From Spirochaetia bacterium (lineage in GTDB: Bacteria > Spirochaetota > Spirochaetia > SZUA-6 > Bin103), in the NCBI GenBank assembly GCA_965199955.1, contig CBDATQ010000001.1, forward strand, positions 1,952,001-2,016,000: DNA of 64,000 bases, given 5' to 3'. A model generated the notes under the pieces. It ran no database searches. It was not told the DNA's origin and saw only the letters and a list, made by a program, of their open reading frames with translations. Positions within the stretch are counted from its first letter, which is position 1. Each line of letters starts with the position of its first letter. Position numbers and translations under genes: made by a program. Of the stretch, positions 51,600 to 62,109 are shown in pieces.

Positions 51600-51725
51600 T
51601 TCCGCCAGTACGTCGTCCGTGGTCGCCACCCGACCGAATACTCTGGCGTGCATGAGCAGGGCGTCCTCGTGCGCCCGCGCGGTATAGGTCGCGCAGGCAT
51701 CTTCGCAGATCAGCGAGTGGTGGTT
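51600..51725 (-). pseudogene. C-terminal remnant of an isochorismatase/cysteine hydrolase gene
   Basis: Minus strand reads ICEDACATYTARAHEDALLMHARVFGRVATTDDVLAE. Confidence 0.6.
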
Positions 51726-51738
51726 GTGCCGCATGGGG

Positions 51739-52077
51739 TCAAGCCGTCAGCGTTCGGATCTTGGCGAGAGCGTCCAACAGGGTGTCGGAAGGCAGCGGGC
51801 AGACGTGCTCGGCCTTCCGCGCTCGCCAGTCCAGGCTCTTGAGCTGGTCCGACAGGATCACGCCTGTGATCGGCTGGCCCGTGGGGATTGCCACCTCATA
51901 GGGGTATCCCTTGCGCACGGTGGTTACCGGGCAGAAGAGCGCGAGTCCGACCTTGCCGTTGTAGGTACGCGGCGATACCACCACCGCGGGTCTGCGGCCC
52001 GCCTGTTCGTGACCGGCGTGCGGATCGAACGTCAACCACACGACATCACCACGATCGGGCACATACGGGTCGGTCAC
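51739..52077 (-). CDS. mazF: MazF/PemK endoribonuclease toxin
   Basis: YVPDRGDVVWLTFDPHAGHEQAGRRPAVVVSP, DQLKSLDWRAR. Confidence 0.95.
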   Translation of the reverse strand: MTDPYVPDRGDVVWLTFDPHAGHEQAGRRPAVVVSPRTYNGKVGLALFCPVTTVRKGYPYEVAIPTGQPITGVILSDQLKSLDWRARKAEHVCPLPSDTLLDALAKIRTLTA

Positions 52078-52078
52078 G

Positions 52079-52321
52079 CTACCAGATCTCGCGTCCGGTG
52101 CGCGTGCCCGTCCCGATTTCGGTATGCAGGTTGGTGGCGTCGATGCCCGCAAGCAGGTCGTCGAGTTCGTAGTGAGGCGATTGGGTTCGTTCGACGATCA
52201 GCCTGCCCTCGCGCAACTCGATGTCGACGGTTGTCCCGGCCGCGACATTCGCACCGGCCGCGAGTGGCCTCGGAATGCGGAGTGCGAGGCTGTTGCCCCA
52301 TTTCTGAACTCTGGTTTTCAT
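52079..52321 (-). CDS. mazE: MazE/AbrB antitoxin
   Basis: VQKWGNSLALRIP, YELDDLLAGI, HTEI...GREIW. Confidence 0.95.
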   Translation of the reverse strand: MKTRVQKWGNSLALRIPRPLAAGANVAAGTTVDIELREGRLIVERTQSPHYELDDLLAGIDATNLHTEIGTGTRTGREIW

Positions 52322-52338
52322 CGCTGCCTTTGCCCTTG

Positions 52339-52362
52339 GATCTACATTGAGTATACATGATC
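52339..52362. promoter_or_regulatory. AT-rich repeat upstream of mazE, probable promoter/operator
   Basis: Minus strand ATGTATAC-TCA-ATGTAGAT direct repeat, flanked by GATC. Confidence 0.45.
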
Positions 52363-52464
52363 GAGGCACGGGTGCCGAGATACGCGGCTCGCGTTGCTGT
52401 TCGTGGCTCGTGCAGGCCGATAGACTCCGCCACGTTCTGAGTCCCCGACAGGCAGGTCACACGA

Positions 52465-53292
52465 ATGAGAGCTTCCCAGAACCAACCTGACGCCACCTCG
52501 CTCAACGCGGTCGAACGATTCCGCCGGCACATGGACGACGGCCACGTTTGCCTGGGCATGAGCATCACGCTGCCGGACCCGATAGTCAGCGAGGTCGCGG
52601 TCGAGGCGGGCTACGACTTCGTCTGGATCGAGAACGAGCACTCCTACCAGACCACGCGGGACGTGATGGCGCACATCCTGACGGTGCGCGGCACCGGCGT
52701 GGCTCCGGTGGTGAGGGTGCCCGTGAACGACCCGGCGGTGATCAAGCCGTACGTGGACATGGCGCCTGCCGCCATCGTCGTGCCGCTGATCCGGTCCGCC
52801 GCAGAGGCGGCCGCCGCCGTGAAGGCGTGCCGCTATCCGCCGGCCGGTGTGCGCGGCTTCGGGCCGATCCGCAACATGGGGCACGGCAGGCTGGAGTTCG
52901 ACGAATACCTTGAGCAGGCCGCGCGGCAGGTGATGGTCATCGTCCAGGTCGAGCACATCGACGCGGTCGACGACCTGGACGCGCTGCTGGACACGCCGGG
53001 ACTGGACGGCATCTGCCTGGGCCGCAACGACCTGAGCGGCTCGGTCGGCAAGCTGGGCCGTTACGACGACCCGCAGGTGCGCGGCATGATCGACACCCTG
53101 CTCGACAAGTGCGCCGGGCGCGACCTCTACCTTGGCGCCTCCCTCGGCCCGGACTGGGACTCGATCAAGGAGTGGACCTCCCGCGGGATGCGCTGGTTCG
53201 GCGTCGGCGACGACATCGACTACCTGGTCGGCGGCGCGCGGCAGACGATGGCCGAGTTCCGCGCGGCCATGAGCGAGCTCGGCCGGGAGTGA
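52465..53292 (+). CDS. HpcH/HpaI aldolase family protein
   Basis: GYDFVWIENEH, VRVP, CRYPPAGVRGFGP, QVEH, GRNDLS. Confidence 0.92.
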   Translation: MRASQNQPDATSLNAVERFRRHMDDGHVCLGMSITLPDPIVSEVAVEAGYDFVWIENEHSYQTTRDVMAHILTVRGTGVAPVVRVPVNDPAVIKPYVDMAPAAIVVPLIRSAAEAAAAVKACRYPPAGVRGFGPIRNMGHGRLEFDEYLEQAARQVMVIVQVEHIDAVDDLDALLDTPGLDGICLGRNDLSGSVGKLGRYDDPQVRGMIDTLLDKCAGRDLYLGASLGPDWDSIKEWTSRGMRWFGVGDDIDYLVGGARQTMAEFRAAMSELGRE

Positions 53293-53316
53293 GCGGAGCC
53301 CGCGGGCGGGCGCCGG

Positions 53317-53812
53317 CTACACGCGGCCCGGGAAGGACCTGCCCCTGACCTGCCGGAACGCCGGCACCTTCGGAGCGTCGTCGACCGACTGGTCACGCCA
53401 CGAGTTGGCGCGCATGTAGTGCACGGCGTACCCCGGCGCCGGGTGCCGGTGCGGGGGCCCTTCATGAAGAGCTGGTCGTTGTAGAGCTTGATGTCGTCGG
53501 TGCCCAGCAGGTCCGCGACCATGTCGACGATCGCCGGATGGCATGCATGGCGCCAGAACACCTCGTCCCGGCACGCGACGGCGGAGAGCTTGCGCACCGA
53601 CGCACCCGATCCAGCACTGGCGCCTCTCCGCGCCGGAATGGCCGTTCGAGCTGGACGCGGTCCACGGGAAGGTGACTGACGTTGCCCGCCGCCACCCGAT
53701 CGACGTAGTCGGCGAGCTCGGCAACCTCCCCGGCGGAGACCACGTCGTGCACGGGCAGAAAGCCATCGACCTTGAACGACGCGATCTGGTCGGCCGACAG
53801 GCGCCGTGGCAC
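53317..53812 (-). pseudogene. Phytanoyl-CoA dioxygenase (PhyH) remnant, central part deleted
   Basis: LSADQIASFKVDGF...DQLFMK joined to AVHYM...VRG; HxD region absent; frameshift near 53600. Confidence 0.78.
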
Positions 53813-53880
53813 ACGGCGATGTGTAGCAGAGACGGTGCGTCGCCTGCCTCCGGATCGGGTATGCTGTCGCCACAGGATCG

Positions 53881-54387
53881 ATGCGCATCTACATCGTCAG
53901 GCACGGCGAGGCCGAGTTCGCGGCCTTGGGATCGTCCGACGCCAGTCGGCAACTCACCGCGAAGGGAAAGCGCCAGGCCGAGCGCGTCGGCGTCGCCCTG
54001 CGCGTGCTGGATGAAGTCCCGGCCGTGGTACTCACCAGCCCGCTGCCGCGGGCGCGGCAGACCGCCGAGCTTGCCGTGAAGGCCATGGCCGACAAGCGGA
54101 GCCGCCCGCCGATCCGGGTGCTCGACCGCCTGGCGCCGGGTGCCTACGTCGGCGACGTGCTTGCCGCGGTCCCCGCGGACCTGCCGACCATGATGCTGGT
54201 CGGCCATCAGCCGACGCTCGGGGCACTGGTCGGGGCGTTGATCGGCGGGCTGCACGCCGCCCCCATCGATCTGTCGACCGCCTCGCTGGCGTGCGTGGAG
54301 ACCCCCGGTGCTCCGTCCCCCGGAGCCGGCGAGTTGGAATACCTCCTCCGGCGCGGTGTCATCTCGGCGCTCGCCCGGAACGCCTGA
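53881..54387 (+). CDS. sixA: Phosphohistidine phosphatase SixA
   Basis: IVRHGEAE, D.SRQLT.KG, TSPL.RARQTA, LVGHQP. Confidence 0.9.
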   Translation: MRIYIVRHGEAEFAALGSSDASRQLTAKGKRQAERVGVALRVLDEVPAVVLTSPLPRARQTAELAVKAMADKRSRPPIRVLDRLAPGAYVGDVLAAVPADLPTMMLVGHQPTLGALVGALIGGLHAAPIDLSTASLACVETPGAPSPGAGELEYLLRRGVISALARNA

Positions 54388-54411
54388 CCTCTCGGCGCCG
54401 ACGGCTTCCGA

Positions 54412-54966
54412 TCACTCCGGTGGTGCGTCGCTGCCGCCTCCGACGTCAACGACCGGCCGCACTTCCTCGCCTGGAATGATCAAGGTGGGTGTGGTGCCTT
54501 CCGGCGTCATCGAACGTCCGATCGCCGACGCATACCTTCACGGCCTGCAGGGCTCTCTGCGTGATGTGCTCCTGCGGCGCACGATCGTCGAGGTACAGGT
54601 TGTTGTACTGCGCCCACAGCGTGCGCAGCCGGTCCGCCTGGGCGATGCGGGGACGAAAGATGTCGCCCGCAACGACGACCCCGATGCGCTGCTTGTCGCT
54701 GGTGATGATCTCGGGGTCGGTGACGCTGAACGGCACCGCGGAGACGAGACTCGTTTCAACTCCACGAACAGGCCGACGTCGGAGTAGACGCCGGGGCCGA
54801 CGACGTCGACGATGCGGCCGCTGCGGAACTTGATGCCGACCTCCTGCTCGTTCACCCGGGCCATCACGTAGATGAACCGTGATCCGAAGAAGATCAGGAA
54901 CACGACAATGACGATCAACGCCGCAATGCCCAGCCGGGCACTGCCGAAGAGCTTGGGAGAGTCCAC
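54412..54966 (-). pseudogene. SPFH/Band 7 domain protein remnant, internally deleted
   Basis: TM, VNEQEVGIKFRSG...VGPG; frameshift near 54742; jumps near 54505 to C-terminal PEGTTPTLIIP...PPE*. Confidence 0.65.
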
Positions 54967-55077
54967 CTCTTCTTCCTTGCCCGAGTTCCAGTTCAGAGGC
55001 TACGGGTCGATAGGGTACGCTGCTGGTTTGATCAGGAACAGACCGTGTGGTAGACAGCGACGGACCGTGGAGGTGTC

Positions 55078-55920
55078 ATGGCCCAGACGCGACTGACCGA
55101 GCAGCAGAAGGCGTTCTTCGCCGACTTCGGGTTTCTGCAGTTCCCCGGCCTGCTGGCCGACTGCATCGACGGGATCATCGACGAGTTCGAGGCGATCTGG
55201 ACGCGGCACGGGGGTGGCCATCACGGCAAGCCCCACGACGGCGAGCGCCGCTCCTGCATCGTCCCCTTTATCGACCAGAGTGAGTTGCTGTCGGCGCTGA
55301 TCGACGCCCCGCGCATCCACGACATCGCCGCCTGTCTGCTGGGCGACGACTTCAACTATGCCGGCAGTGACGGCAATTACTATGCCGGCGACACCCGCTG
55401 GCACTCGGACGGCTGGAACGTGGACGGACCGCGGTCGATCAAGATCGCCCTGTACCTCGACCCGCTGACGCGGGACACCGGAGCGCTGCGGGTCATTCCG
55501 GGCAGTCACCGGCCCGGCGACACATACGCTGACGCGCTGCAGGAGCAGGTCCGGGAGAGCGAGTCGCTGTGGGGGATCGAGGGTCCCGACGTGCCGGCGT
55601 ACGCGCTGGAGACACGGCCGGGGGACGTGGCCTGCTTCAACCACAACACCAAGCACGCGTCCTTCGGCGGCAGCCCGCGCCGCCGGATGTTCACCATCAA
55701 CTGCCATGCCCGCTATCCGGAAGAGCGCCTGGACGGGCTGCGCGAGAGGATCGACAGCTTCGCACGCTTCTGGCTGGACCGGGTGTACGGCGAGGCGATG
55801 GTGCGCACCGCCGGCCCGGAGCGCATGGTCCATCTTGAGCAGATCATGGCCAACGACGGGCACCTGGCCGAGCTGTCGCGCCGCAAACGCGCCGAGATGT
55901 CCGAGCCCTCGCGCTCCTGA
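55078..55920 (+). CDS. Phytanoyl-CoA dioxygenase (PhyH) family protein
   Basis: LTEQQKAFF..FGF, WHSD, GALRVIPGSH, PGDV, HAS...RR. Confidence 0.92.
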   Translation: MAQTRLTEQQKAFFADFGFLQFPGLLADCIDGIIDEFEAIWTRHGGGHHGKPHDGERRSCIVPFIDQSELLSALIDAPRIHDIAACLLGDDFNYAGSDGNYYAGDTRWHSDGWNVDGPRSIKIALYLDPLTRDTGALRVIPGSHRPGDTYADALQEQVRESESLWGIEGPDVPAYALETRPGDVACFNHNTKHASFGGSPRRRMFTINCHARYPEERLDGLRERIDSFARFWLDRVYGEAMVRTAGPERMVHLEQIMANDGHLAELSRRKRAEMSEPSRS

Positions 55921-56024
55921 TCCGCCGGCACCGTGCCCCGGCACCGGCCGACGGGGATTGCACAACACTCGACCGGCAGGCACTCTCAACCCTTGATTCC
56001 AACCGGAATCGAGGAGGCGAACGA

Positions 56025-56678
56025 ATGAAGAGGCATCTCTCAGTGCTCGCCACCGTCTTCGTTCTGCCCATCCCCACAAGCGGGCTGTTCGCAGCCGCGC
56101 AGGAGGAGATGGCGGCGGAGAAGACGACGTTCAGTGGCTCGGTGGAGGATGGAACACCGAGATCGTGGACGATGGCTGGGCCGAGCAGATAATCCAGGAC
56201 AAGTTCGAAGTCGAGATCACACCCGTGAACATCCTGAGGAGCGAAAAGGACAAGCTCAATCTCCTGGTCGCCTCCGGCGACTTTCCGGACGTGGCGTACT
56301 GGAACGCATCGGACCGATACGGCCTGTATTCCGACGGGGTGACGCGGTCCATTCCGGAGTCGTTCTTCCGGCAGTACGCAACCTGATGGAGGACGGCGCG
56401 CTCATCCAGGCGACGATCTCCAAGAACTACCGGGACTATCTCAAGCTGCTCGCCGGCTGGTACGCGGAAGGGCTGATCGACCCGGAGTTCACGATGCTCA
56501 AGAAGACGATCGAGGACGAATACCTGGTCAAGAGGCGATCACCGGAGAGGTAGACATCGACAGCTCCTGGGACGACTACGTCGCCCAGTGGCGGAAAGCC
56601 GGCGGCGACGAGCTCCTGACCGAGCAGGCCCAGGGGCTCCTCTACGGCGAGTTCATGAACGGCAACATCGTCTACTGA
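56025..56678 (+). pseudogene. CUT1 substrate-binding protein remnant (three fused fragments)
   Basis: Signal peptide, ASGDFPD, WYAEGLIDPEF, WDDYVAQWRKAGG; about 650 bp versus 1683 bp for the paralogue at 18596-20278. Confidence 0.82.
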
Positions 56679-56702
56679 TCATCGTCGGTGAAGCCGGCAA
56701 GG

Positions 56703-56733
56703 AGGGGAGCGGTGCATACACCGCTCCCCTTTC
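56703..56733 (+). terminator. 12-bp perfect hairpin after the SBP gene (terminator or mRNA stabiliser)
   Basis: aggggagcggtg-cata-caccgctcccct, then ttc. Confidence 0.7.
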
Positions 56734-56753
56734 GTTAGAGTGGGGAGAGTTCG

Positions 56754-57040
56754 ATGTCGACGCTCGCGAACAAGGATGTCAGAAAGGTCATCCGCAGGCA
56801 GACCCTCAACAGGGCGAAGCGGATGCACGAGTACTACATCCTGCTCCTCATCCCCGTAATCCTTCTGGTCCTACGAGGTGGCCGACGTCATCGACACCTA
56901 ATATTTACCGGTCTGGTTTCGTGGAGCGCCGGTGGGCGTACAACACGGACGTCGTACTGTTCAAGAACGTGGTGGGGCTGATCCTCTTGATCGGCGCGAA
57001 CGCCGTCATCAAGCGCTACAGCGAGTACGGGATCTGGTAG
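56754..57040 (+). pseudogene. Carbohydrate ABC permease remnant (N- and C-termini only)
   Basis: ...YILLLIPVILLV joined to YEVADVIDT*IYRSG...IKRYSEYGIW; TAA at 56899. Confidence 0.82.
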
Positions 57041-57052
57041 CGGCAGCGAGCG

Positions 57053-57625
57053 ATGGCAGAGACACTGCAGAGACGGACCGTCGGCGGCCGGGCGTTCGAC
57101 TCACTCAACGTCCTGTTCCTGCTGCTCTTCACCGTAACCGTGGTCTACCCGTTCTGGCATCTGATGATCATTTCCTTCTCGGGCACGGACGACATCGTCA
57201 CCATGGGACTTCACTTCTGGCTGGACGAATGGCACATCGAGGCGTATCGGTATGTCTTCAGCAGCAACCGGGTGGGCAGAACGTACGTCAACAGCATCCT
57301 GCGGGTGGCCATCGGGACGACCACCGCCATCATCGTGACGCTGTTGGCCGCCTATCCGCTGGCGAAGCGGGACCTCCCGGGAAGAAATGCCATCACGACG
57401 ACATTCGTCTTCACGATGTTCGTCGCGGGCGGACTCATTCCCCACTATCTCCGCGTACGAGGCCTGGGCTTGATCGACTCGCGGTGGGCGCTGGTCCTTC
57501 CCGTTGCCCTGGACGTGTTCTGGGTCATCATCATGCGCAACTTCCTGATGGCCATCGACGTGGAGATGGAGGAAGCGGCCTTCATGGACGGCGCGAGCGT
57601 CAGGACCATATTGGTCAGGATCCTG
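57053..57625 (+). pseudogene. Carbohydrate ABC permease, 3' truncated
   Basis: AYPLAKR, GGLIP, EEAAFMDGA; similarity ends at LVRIL. Confidence 0.82.
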
Positions 57626-58325
57626 CCATACGAATCGCTTCTCCAGAATCCCCTTCAGCACCAGCGGTGCCTCTCCCATGATGAGGGCTCGAGCACCCCC
57701 GGTCTCGGTCACCGCTTCGACCTCGACTTCTGCCGTGGCGGGCAGTTCCAGCAGATCCGCGGCCGCGCTGATTCCACCCTGCACGCCGTGGCACAGCCCG
57801 TATGACTTGATGCCGGTATATTTTGTGCAGCGCCCGCATGATGGTCGCCATCGGATTGGAGTGACTGAGAAACACCACGGCTGGACAGCGTTTCTCCATG
57901 CGTCTGCAGAGGTCGATGTGGGCGGGGATGGAACGCAGGGCCATCATCATGCCCGCGGGACCGGCGGTGTCGCCTACCGCCAGTTGGATCCCGAATTTGG
58001 CGCAGATTTGCATGTCGGCTGTGGTAATACGAACCATGCACCCCACGAACCATCTCGGCACCGCTGCCGCCTATGGACGAAAGCGCGTAGTCCGCCCCGT
58101 CGACGGCTTTCATCGGGGTCGGCCGTCGAGCGTATGTTCCAGGCGCGCGCCGGCGGCTTCGCTCAACCGCCGTCCGAGGTCTGCCATGCGCTCCGCTTTC
58201 TCGGGGTCGATGTCGTAGAGCACGATATCCGACTCTGCTAATTCTCCTTCTAGAGCCAGGTTTCCGAGGACGTTGCGGAAGTAGAGGCTGCCGCCCCCGA
58301 GGCACATGATCTTGATGGCTGGCAT
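57621..58325 (-). pseudogene. Glycoside hydrolase family 4 (alpha-galactosidase/glucosidase) remnant
   Basis: KIMCLGGGSLYF, LYDID, GDTAGPAG, SNPM, CHG; several frameshifts, internal deletion, 3' truncation. Confidence 0.85.
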
Positions 58326-58381
58326 TCCGGAGTCCTCCGGTGATGTTGCGCGCTCGGCCCCAGCACCCTACCATCTTAGCG

Positions 58382-59581
58382 ATGCCGAGCGTTCCCGCGG
58401 CGGAGATCGATCGCCGCGTGCATGCGGTCCAGGACGAGCTTGTCCGCGAGGACTCGCCGGTCGACCTGCTGCTGGTCGTGCAGAAGGTGGATCTGTTCTA
58501 TCTGAGCGGCACCCTCCAGCAGTGTCACCTGGCGCTGCCGGCCGAAGGCGCACCGCGCCTGTTGGTGCGCAAGGTGCGGGAGACCGCGGAGGCCGACTCC
58601 CCGATCCGGGACATCGTCCCGCTGTGCAGCTTCCGGGAGCTTCCCGGTCACGTCAGGGACCTGTGCGGTGAGCCGCCGTGGCGGATCGGCATGGAGCTGG
58701 ACGTGCTGCCGGTCGGACTCTGGCGCACCTACCGGAGCGTGTTCGGTGACGACGCGGAGATCGTTGACTGCTCGCCTGCGCTGCTGGCGGCGCGCTCGCG
58801 CAAGAGTGCGTGGGAGCTCGACCAGTTTCGGGACGCCGCCCGCCTCCATCCGCTGCTGTTCGGCGACCCGCTCCGCCGGTTGCTGGCCCGGGACGTCTCG
58901 TCCTATGACCTGCAGGCGCGGCTGGAGGCCGAGGCGCGCGCGCTCGGCCACTGCGGACTGGTGCGGCTGCGCGGCCTGGACGCGGAGACCGGCATCGGCA
59001 TCGCGGTGAGCGGTCCGGACGGCGCCGTGCCGAGCAACTCGATGTTCCCGATCGGCGGCACCGGCCCGCACGCGTGGGTGTCGCACGGCGGCACGCGCGC
59101 ACCGCTCCGGCGCGCCGTGCCGGTCATCCTGGACTTCCTGATGAGCACCACCGGCTACCACGTGGACTGCTCGCGCATGGCCGTGCGCGGCGCCTTCCCG
59201 GACCGGGCGGCATCCATCCTGGAGCGGATCGGCGACCTGCTGCGCGGCATGGAGGGACGGCTCAGGGCCGGCGTGCGGCCGTCGGAGATCTACCGCTCGG
59301 CGGTCGATGAGGCCGCGGCGGCGGGGCTGGGGGACGGCTTCATGGGGCCGCCCGGCTATCAGGTAAGCTTCGTGGGACACGGCGTGGGGCTGGAGGTCAA
59401 CGAGCTGCCCGTGATCGGTCCGCGCTCGGACCGGCCGCTCGAGTCGGGCAACGTGGTCGCCCTTGAGCCCAAGTACACCGACCAGGAGTATGGCGTGATC
59501 GGAATCGAGAACACCTACGTCGTCACCGAGGGCGGTGCCGAAAAGCTGACCACCGCGACCGAAGCGGTCGTCGAGGGGTGA
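58382..59581 (+). CDS. Xaa-Pro peptidase family (M24)
   Basis: RSRKSAWE, GYHVDCSR, GHGVGLE, ALEPK, GIENT. Confidence 0.9.
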   Translation: MPSVPAAEIDRRVHAVQDELVREDSPVDLLLVVQKVDLFYLSGTLQQCHLALPAEGAPRLLVRKVRETAEADSPIRDIVPLCSFRELPGHVRDLCGEPPWRIGMELDVLPVGLWRTYRSVFGDDAEIVDCSPALLAARSRKSAWELDQFRDAARLHPLLFGDPLRRLLARDVSSYDLQARLEAEARALGHCGLVRLRGLDAETGIGIAVSGPDGAVPSNSMFPIGGTGPHAWVSHGGTRAPLRRAVPVILDFLMSTTGYHVDCSRMAVRGAFPDRAASILERIGDLLRGMEGRLRAGVRPSEIYRSAVDEAAAAGLGDGFMGPPGYQVSFVGHGVGLEVNELPVIGPRSDRPLESGNVVALEPKYTDQEYGVIGIENTYVVTEGGAEKLTTATEAVVEG

Positions 59582-60648
59582 AGCGCATGTTTTCCGTCGC
59601 GGTCCCGGCGCTGCGCGTCTACATCGCCGAGTTGCTGCAGGCCAAGGGCACGCCCGTGCACATCGCCCGCGTCGTCGCCGACTCGCTGGTGCTCTCCAAC
59701 CAGCGCGGCCACGACTCGCACGGCTTCATCCGCGTGGCCCCATACTGCGACTGGATCGACCGCGGCTGGATGGATCCCGCGGCGGAACCGGAGCGGGTGG
59801 TCGACGAACCGCACGTCGTGCAGGTGGACGGCCACTTCGGGTGGGGCCAGTACGTCGGCCGCGTCGCCACAGGGTGGGCGATCGAGGCGGCGCGCGGCGG
59901 GCACTGCGTGCTGACCATCCGGCGCTCTTCGCACTTGGGCCGCATGGGCGAGTTCATGGAGCAGGCGGCCGAGGCGGGGCTGGTGTGCTTCTCGTTCACG
60001 AACACGCACGGCGGCGGGCTGGTCACCGCCCCGCACGGTGGCTGCGAGCGCCGCCTGTCGGCCAACCCGCTGGCGGCCGGCGCGCCGCTGCCGGACGGCC
60101 CGGCGATGATGATGGACATCGCCACCTCCTCGATCGCGGCCGGCAAGGTGCAGGTCGCTGTGGAGCGGGGCGAGGCGCTGGGGCCCGGCCACCTGGTAGA
60201 CGGCGCCGGACAGCCTTCCACCGATCCGAAGGCGTACGCCGGTCGTCCGGATGGAACAGAGCCGCCGGGTGCGCTGCTGCCGTTCGGTGGGCACAAGGGT
60301 TACAGCCTGGCGATGTTCTGCGAGGTGCTGGCCGGGGCGCTGACCGGCGCCGGCTGCAGCACGAAGGGCGTGCAGCGTGTGGCGAACGGGTTCCTGGCGC
60401 TGTTCCTGGATCCGGCCGCGTTCTGTGGCGAGGACTTCTACCGCGCCGAGCTGGGGGCGCTCATCCCGCACGTGAAGTCGTCACGGCTGATGGCAGGCCA
60501 CGACGAGATCCTCTACCCGGGCGAACCCGAGGCGCGCGCGGAGGCGGAGCGCCGCGAAGCGGTCACGATCGAACCGTCCACCTGGGAACGCACCGCGAAC
60601 GTCGCTCGCGAACTCGGGGTGACCCCGCCGGAAACCAGGGCGCCCTGA
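59578..60648 (+). CDS. Ldh_2 family oxidoreductase (malate/L-sulfolactate/ureidoglycolate dehydrogenase-like)
   Basis: RGHDSHG, SHLGR, NPL, DIATS, PFGGHKG. Confidence 0.92.
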   Translation: MKRMFSVAVPALRVYIAELLQAKGTPVHIARVVADSLVLSNQRGHDSHGFIRVAPYCDWIDRGWMDPAAEPERVVDEPHVVQVDGHFGWGQYVGRVATGWAIEAARGGHCVLTIRRSSHLGRMGEFMEQAAEAGLVCFSFTNTHGGGLVTAPHGGCERRLSANPLAAGAPLPDGPAMMMDIATSSIAAGKVQVAVERGEALGPGHLVDGAGQPSTDPKAYAGRPDGTEPPGALLPFGGHKGYSLAMFCEVLAGALTGAGCSTKGVQRVANGFLALFLDPAAFCGEDFYRAELGALIPHVKSSRLMAGHDEILYPGEPEARAEAERREAVTIEPSTWERTANVARELGVTPPETRAP

Positions 60649-60819
60649 CCGGCGCGGGGAACTACGGCCCGGCGGGACCGGTGAGAAACAGCACCGTGTC
60701 GCTACGCCCGTGACGAAGGTCTCCGGGCCTTCGGGCGCCGGAATCACGGGCCACCCACATCGCTCCAGTCCGCCGCTCCGAACACGACGAACAGCTCTCC
60801 CCGTCCGTTGGCGGGACGG

Positions 60820-61308
60820 GTCAGGGCCAGCACGTCGGGCCGGGGGCGCCGAAGTCGTCGTTACGGAGCACGGTCCGGAACGGTGACCAGTTGACGAAGT
60901 CCCGGCTGGCCGTGCGGCCGACGATGCGCTTAGGGCAGGGGCGCGGTGTCCGGATCGTCCCGCCCGCGGGCTCGGGCCTTGTAGCGGGGACTGCGGGTGA
61001 ACACGACGTATTCGCCGGTCACCGGATCCTTGAGCGCACCGTGGCGGTCTCCCGCGCCCGGCAGTCCGTCGCTCGACTCCGCGTAATTGAGGAAGTTCCG
61101 GTCGGACTCCGGCCTGCCGTCGTGGAAGCTCCGGTACCACAGCCGGCAGGTGCCGTTCGGGCCGTCGCGGAGCACGGTCCCGGAGAGCCCGGCGGCGCGT
61201 CCTTCCCAAGCTCGATCCGGTCTCAGATCCGGCTCGGCGGTGCGAGCATCGGGCCGCGCGATCGTCCGCGTCACGTGCCAGCGGGCATCAGATGGAGGTG
61301 CGGATCAT
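60820..61308 (-). pseudogene. Remnant of a GH32/43-like propeller gene (paralogue of 29060-30643)
   Basis: DRAWEG, GTVL, LWY, YAESSDG, DPVTGEYV, SRDFVNWS in fragments. Confidence 0.65.
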
Positions 61309-62042
61309 TCACGGCCGGTCTCCCGGGGCGTCTCGTACCCGTACCTCTCCATCGCCGGTGCGAAGAAATCGTAGTAGTTGGGCCCGGTGTCGGCCTCCCA
61401 TCGCCCCACCGCCTCGGGCTTCACGGGAATCCGGGCAAGCTTGATTCCCAGGTAGGACTCCAGACGGGCGAGCGTCTCATCCTGGCGCTGGACGAAATCC
61501 TCGAACCGCACCTCGATCCAGTTCCTGGGTCGCGGCGTGGAGCGGACCAGATCGTACTGGTACTTCCACGACATGGCCCGACGCAAGCGGGCGTCGTGCG
61601 TGGTCGGACAGGCAACGCCCCAGTCGCTGAGGTCGTCCGTTTTGTGCTTGCCGATGATGCAGTCGCGCGGGTTGCGGATCCAGAAGATATACCGGACATC
61701 CGGGAACATCCTGACGATCCAGGGAAAGGTCAGCGTAGTCTCCGGGATCTTCCATCCCCGGTGCTCCGCCCGGCTCGTCAGCATGCTGTGCAGATACGAC
61801 CGGATCAGCGGCTCGAACTCGCTCGGAATGGGCATCGAGTGGAGATCGCTGAAATCCCACTGCAGCCCTCCCAGCCAGCGAACGTGTCTGGCGATGAGAC
61901 GGGACGCCTCGTACATCGCCTGCGGCGGAAGCAGATCACCCGAGACGTTCAACGGCTCGCCCATCCACACGCCGCTGGCCGAGAGCGTGTGCGACATGGC
62001 TCGCGTGCCGGAGTGACCCCGCCCGATGATGGTGGTCAGCAT
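61305..62042 (-). CDS. Sulfotransferase family protein
   Basis: IIGRGHSGTR (PAPS loop), GWKIP, IRNPRD, VRFEDF, VGRW. Confidence 0.88.
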   Translation of the reverse strand: MLTTIIGRGHSGTRAMSHTLSASGVWMGEPLNVSGDLLPPQAMYEASRLIARHVRWLGGLQWDFSDLHSMPIPSEFEPLIRSYLHSMLTSRAEHRGWKIPETTLTFPWIVRMFPDVRYIFWIRNPRDCIIGKHKTDDLSDWGVACPTTHDARLRRAMSWKYQYDLVRSTPRPRNWIEVRFEDFVQRQDETLARLESYLGIKLARIPVKPEAVGRWEADTGPNYYDFFAPAMERYGYETPRETGRE

Positions 62043-62109
62043 CGGTGGCCCACACCGAGCAGATGGAGGTGCCGAGCGTTCACAGCGGGTCTCACGGGTT
62101 CAGGATAGG

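Noticed and set aside
60650..60820. Unassigned DNA after the Ldh_2 gene
   Set aside because: No clear ORF, repeat or terminator; probably residue of deleted genes
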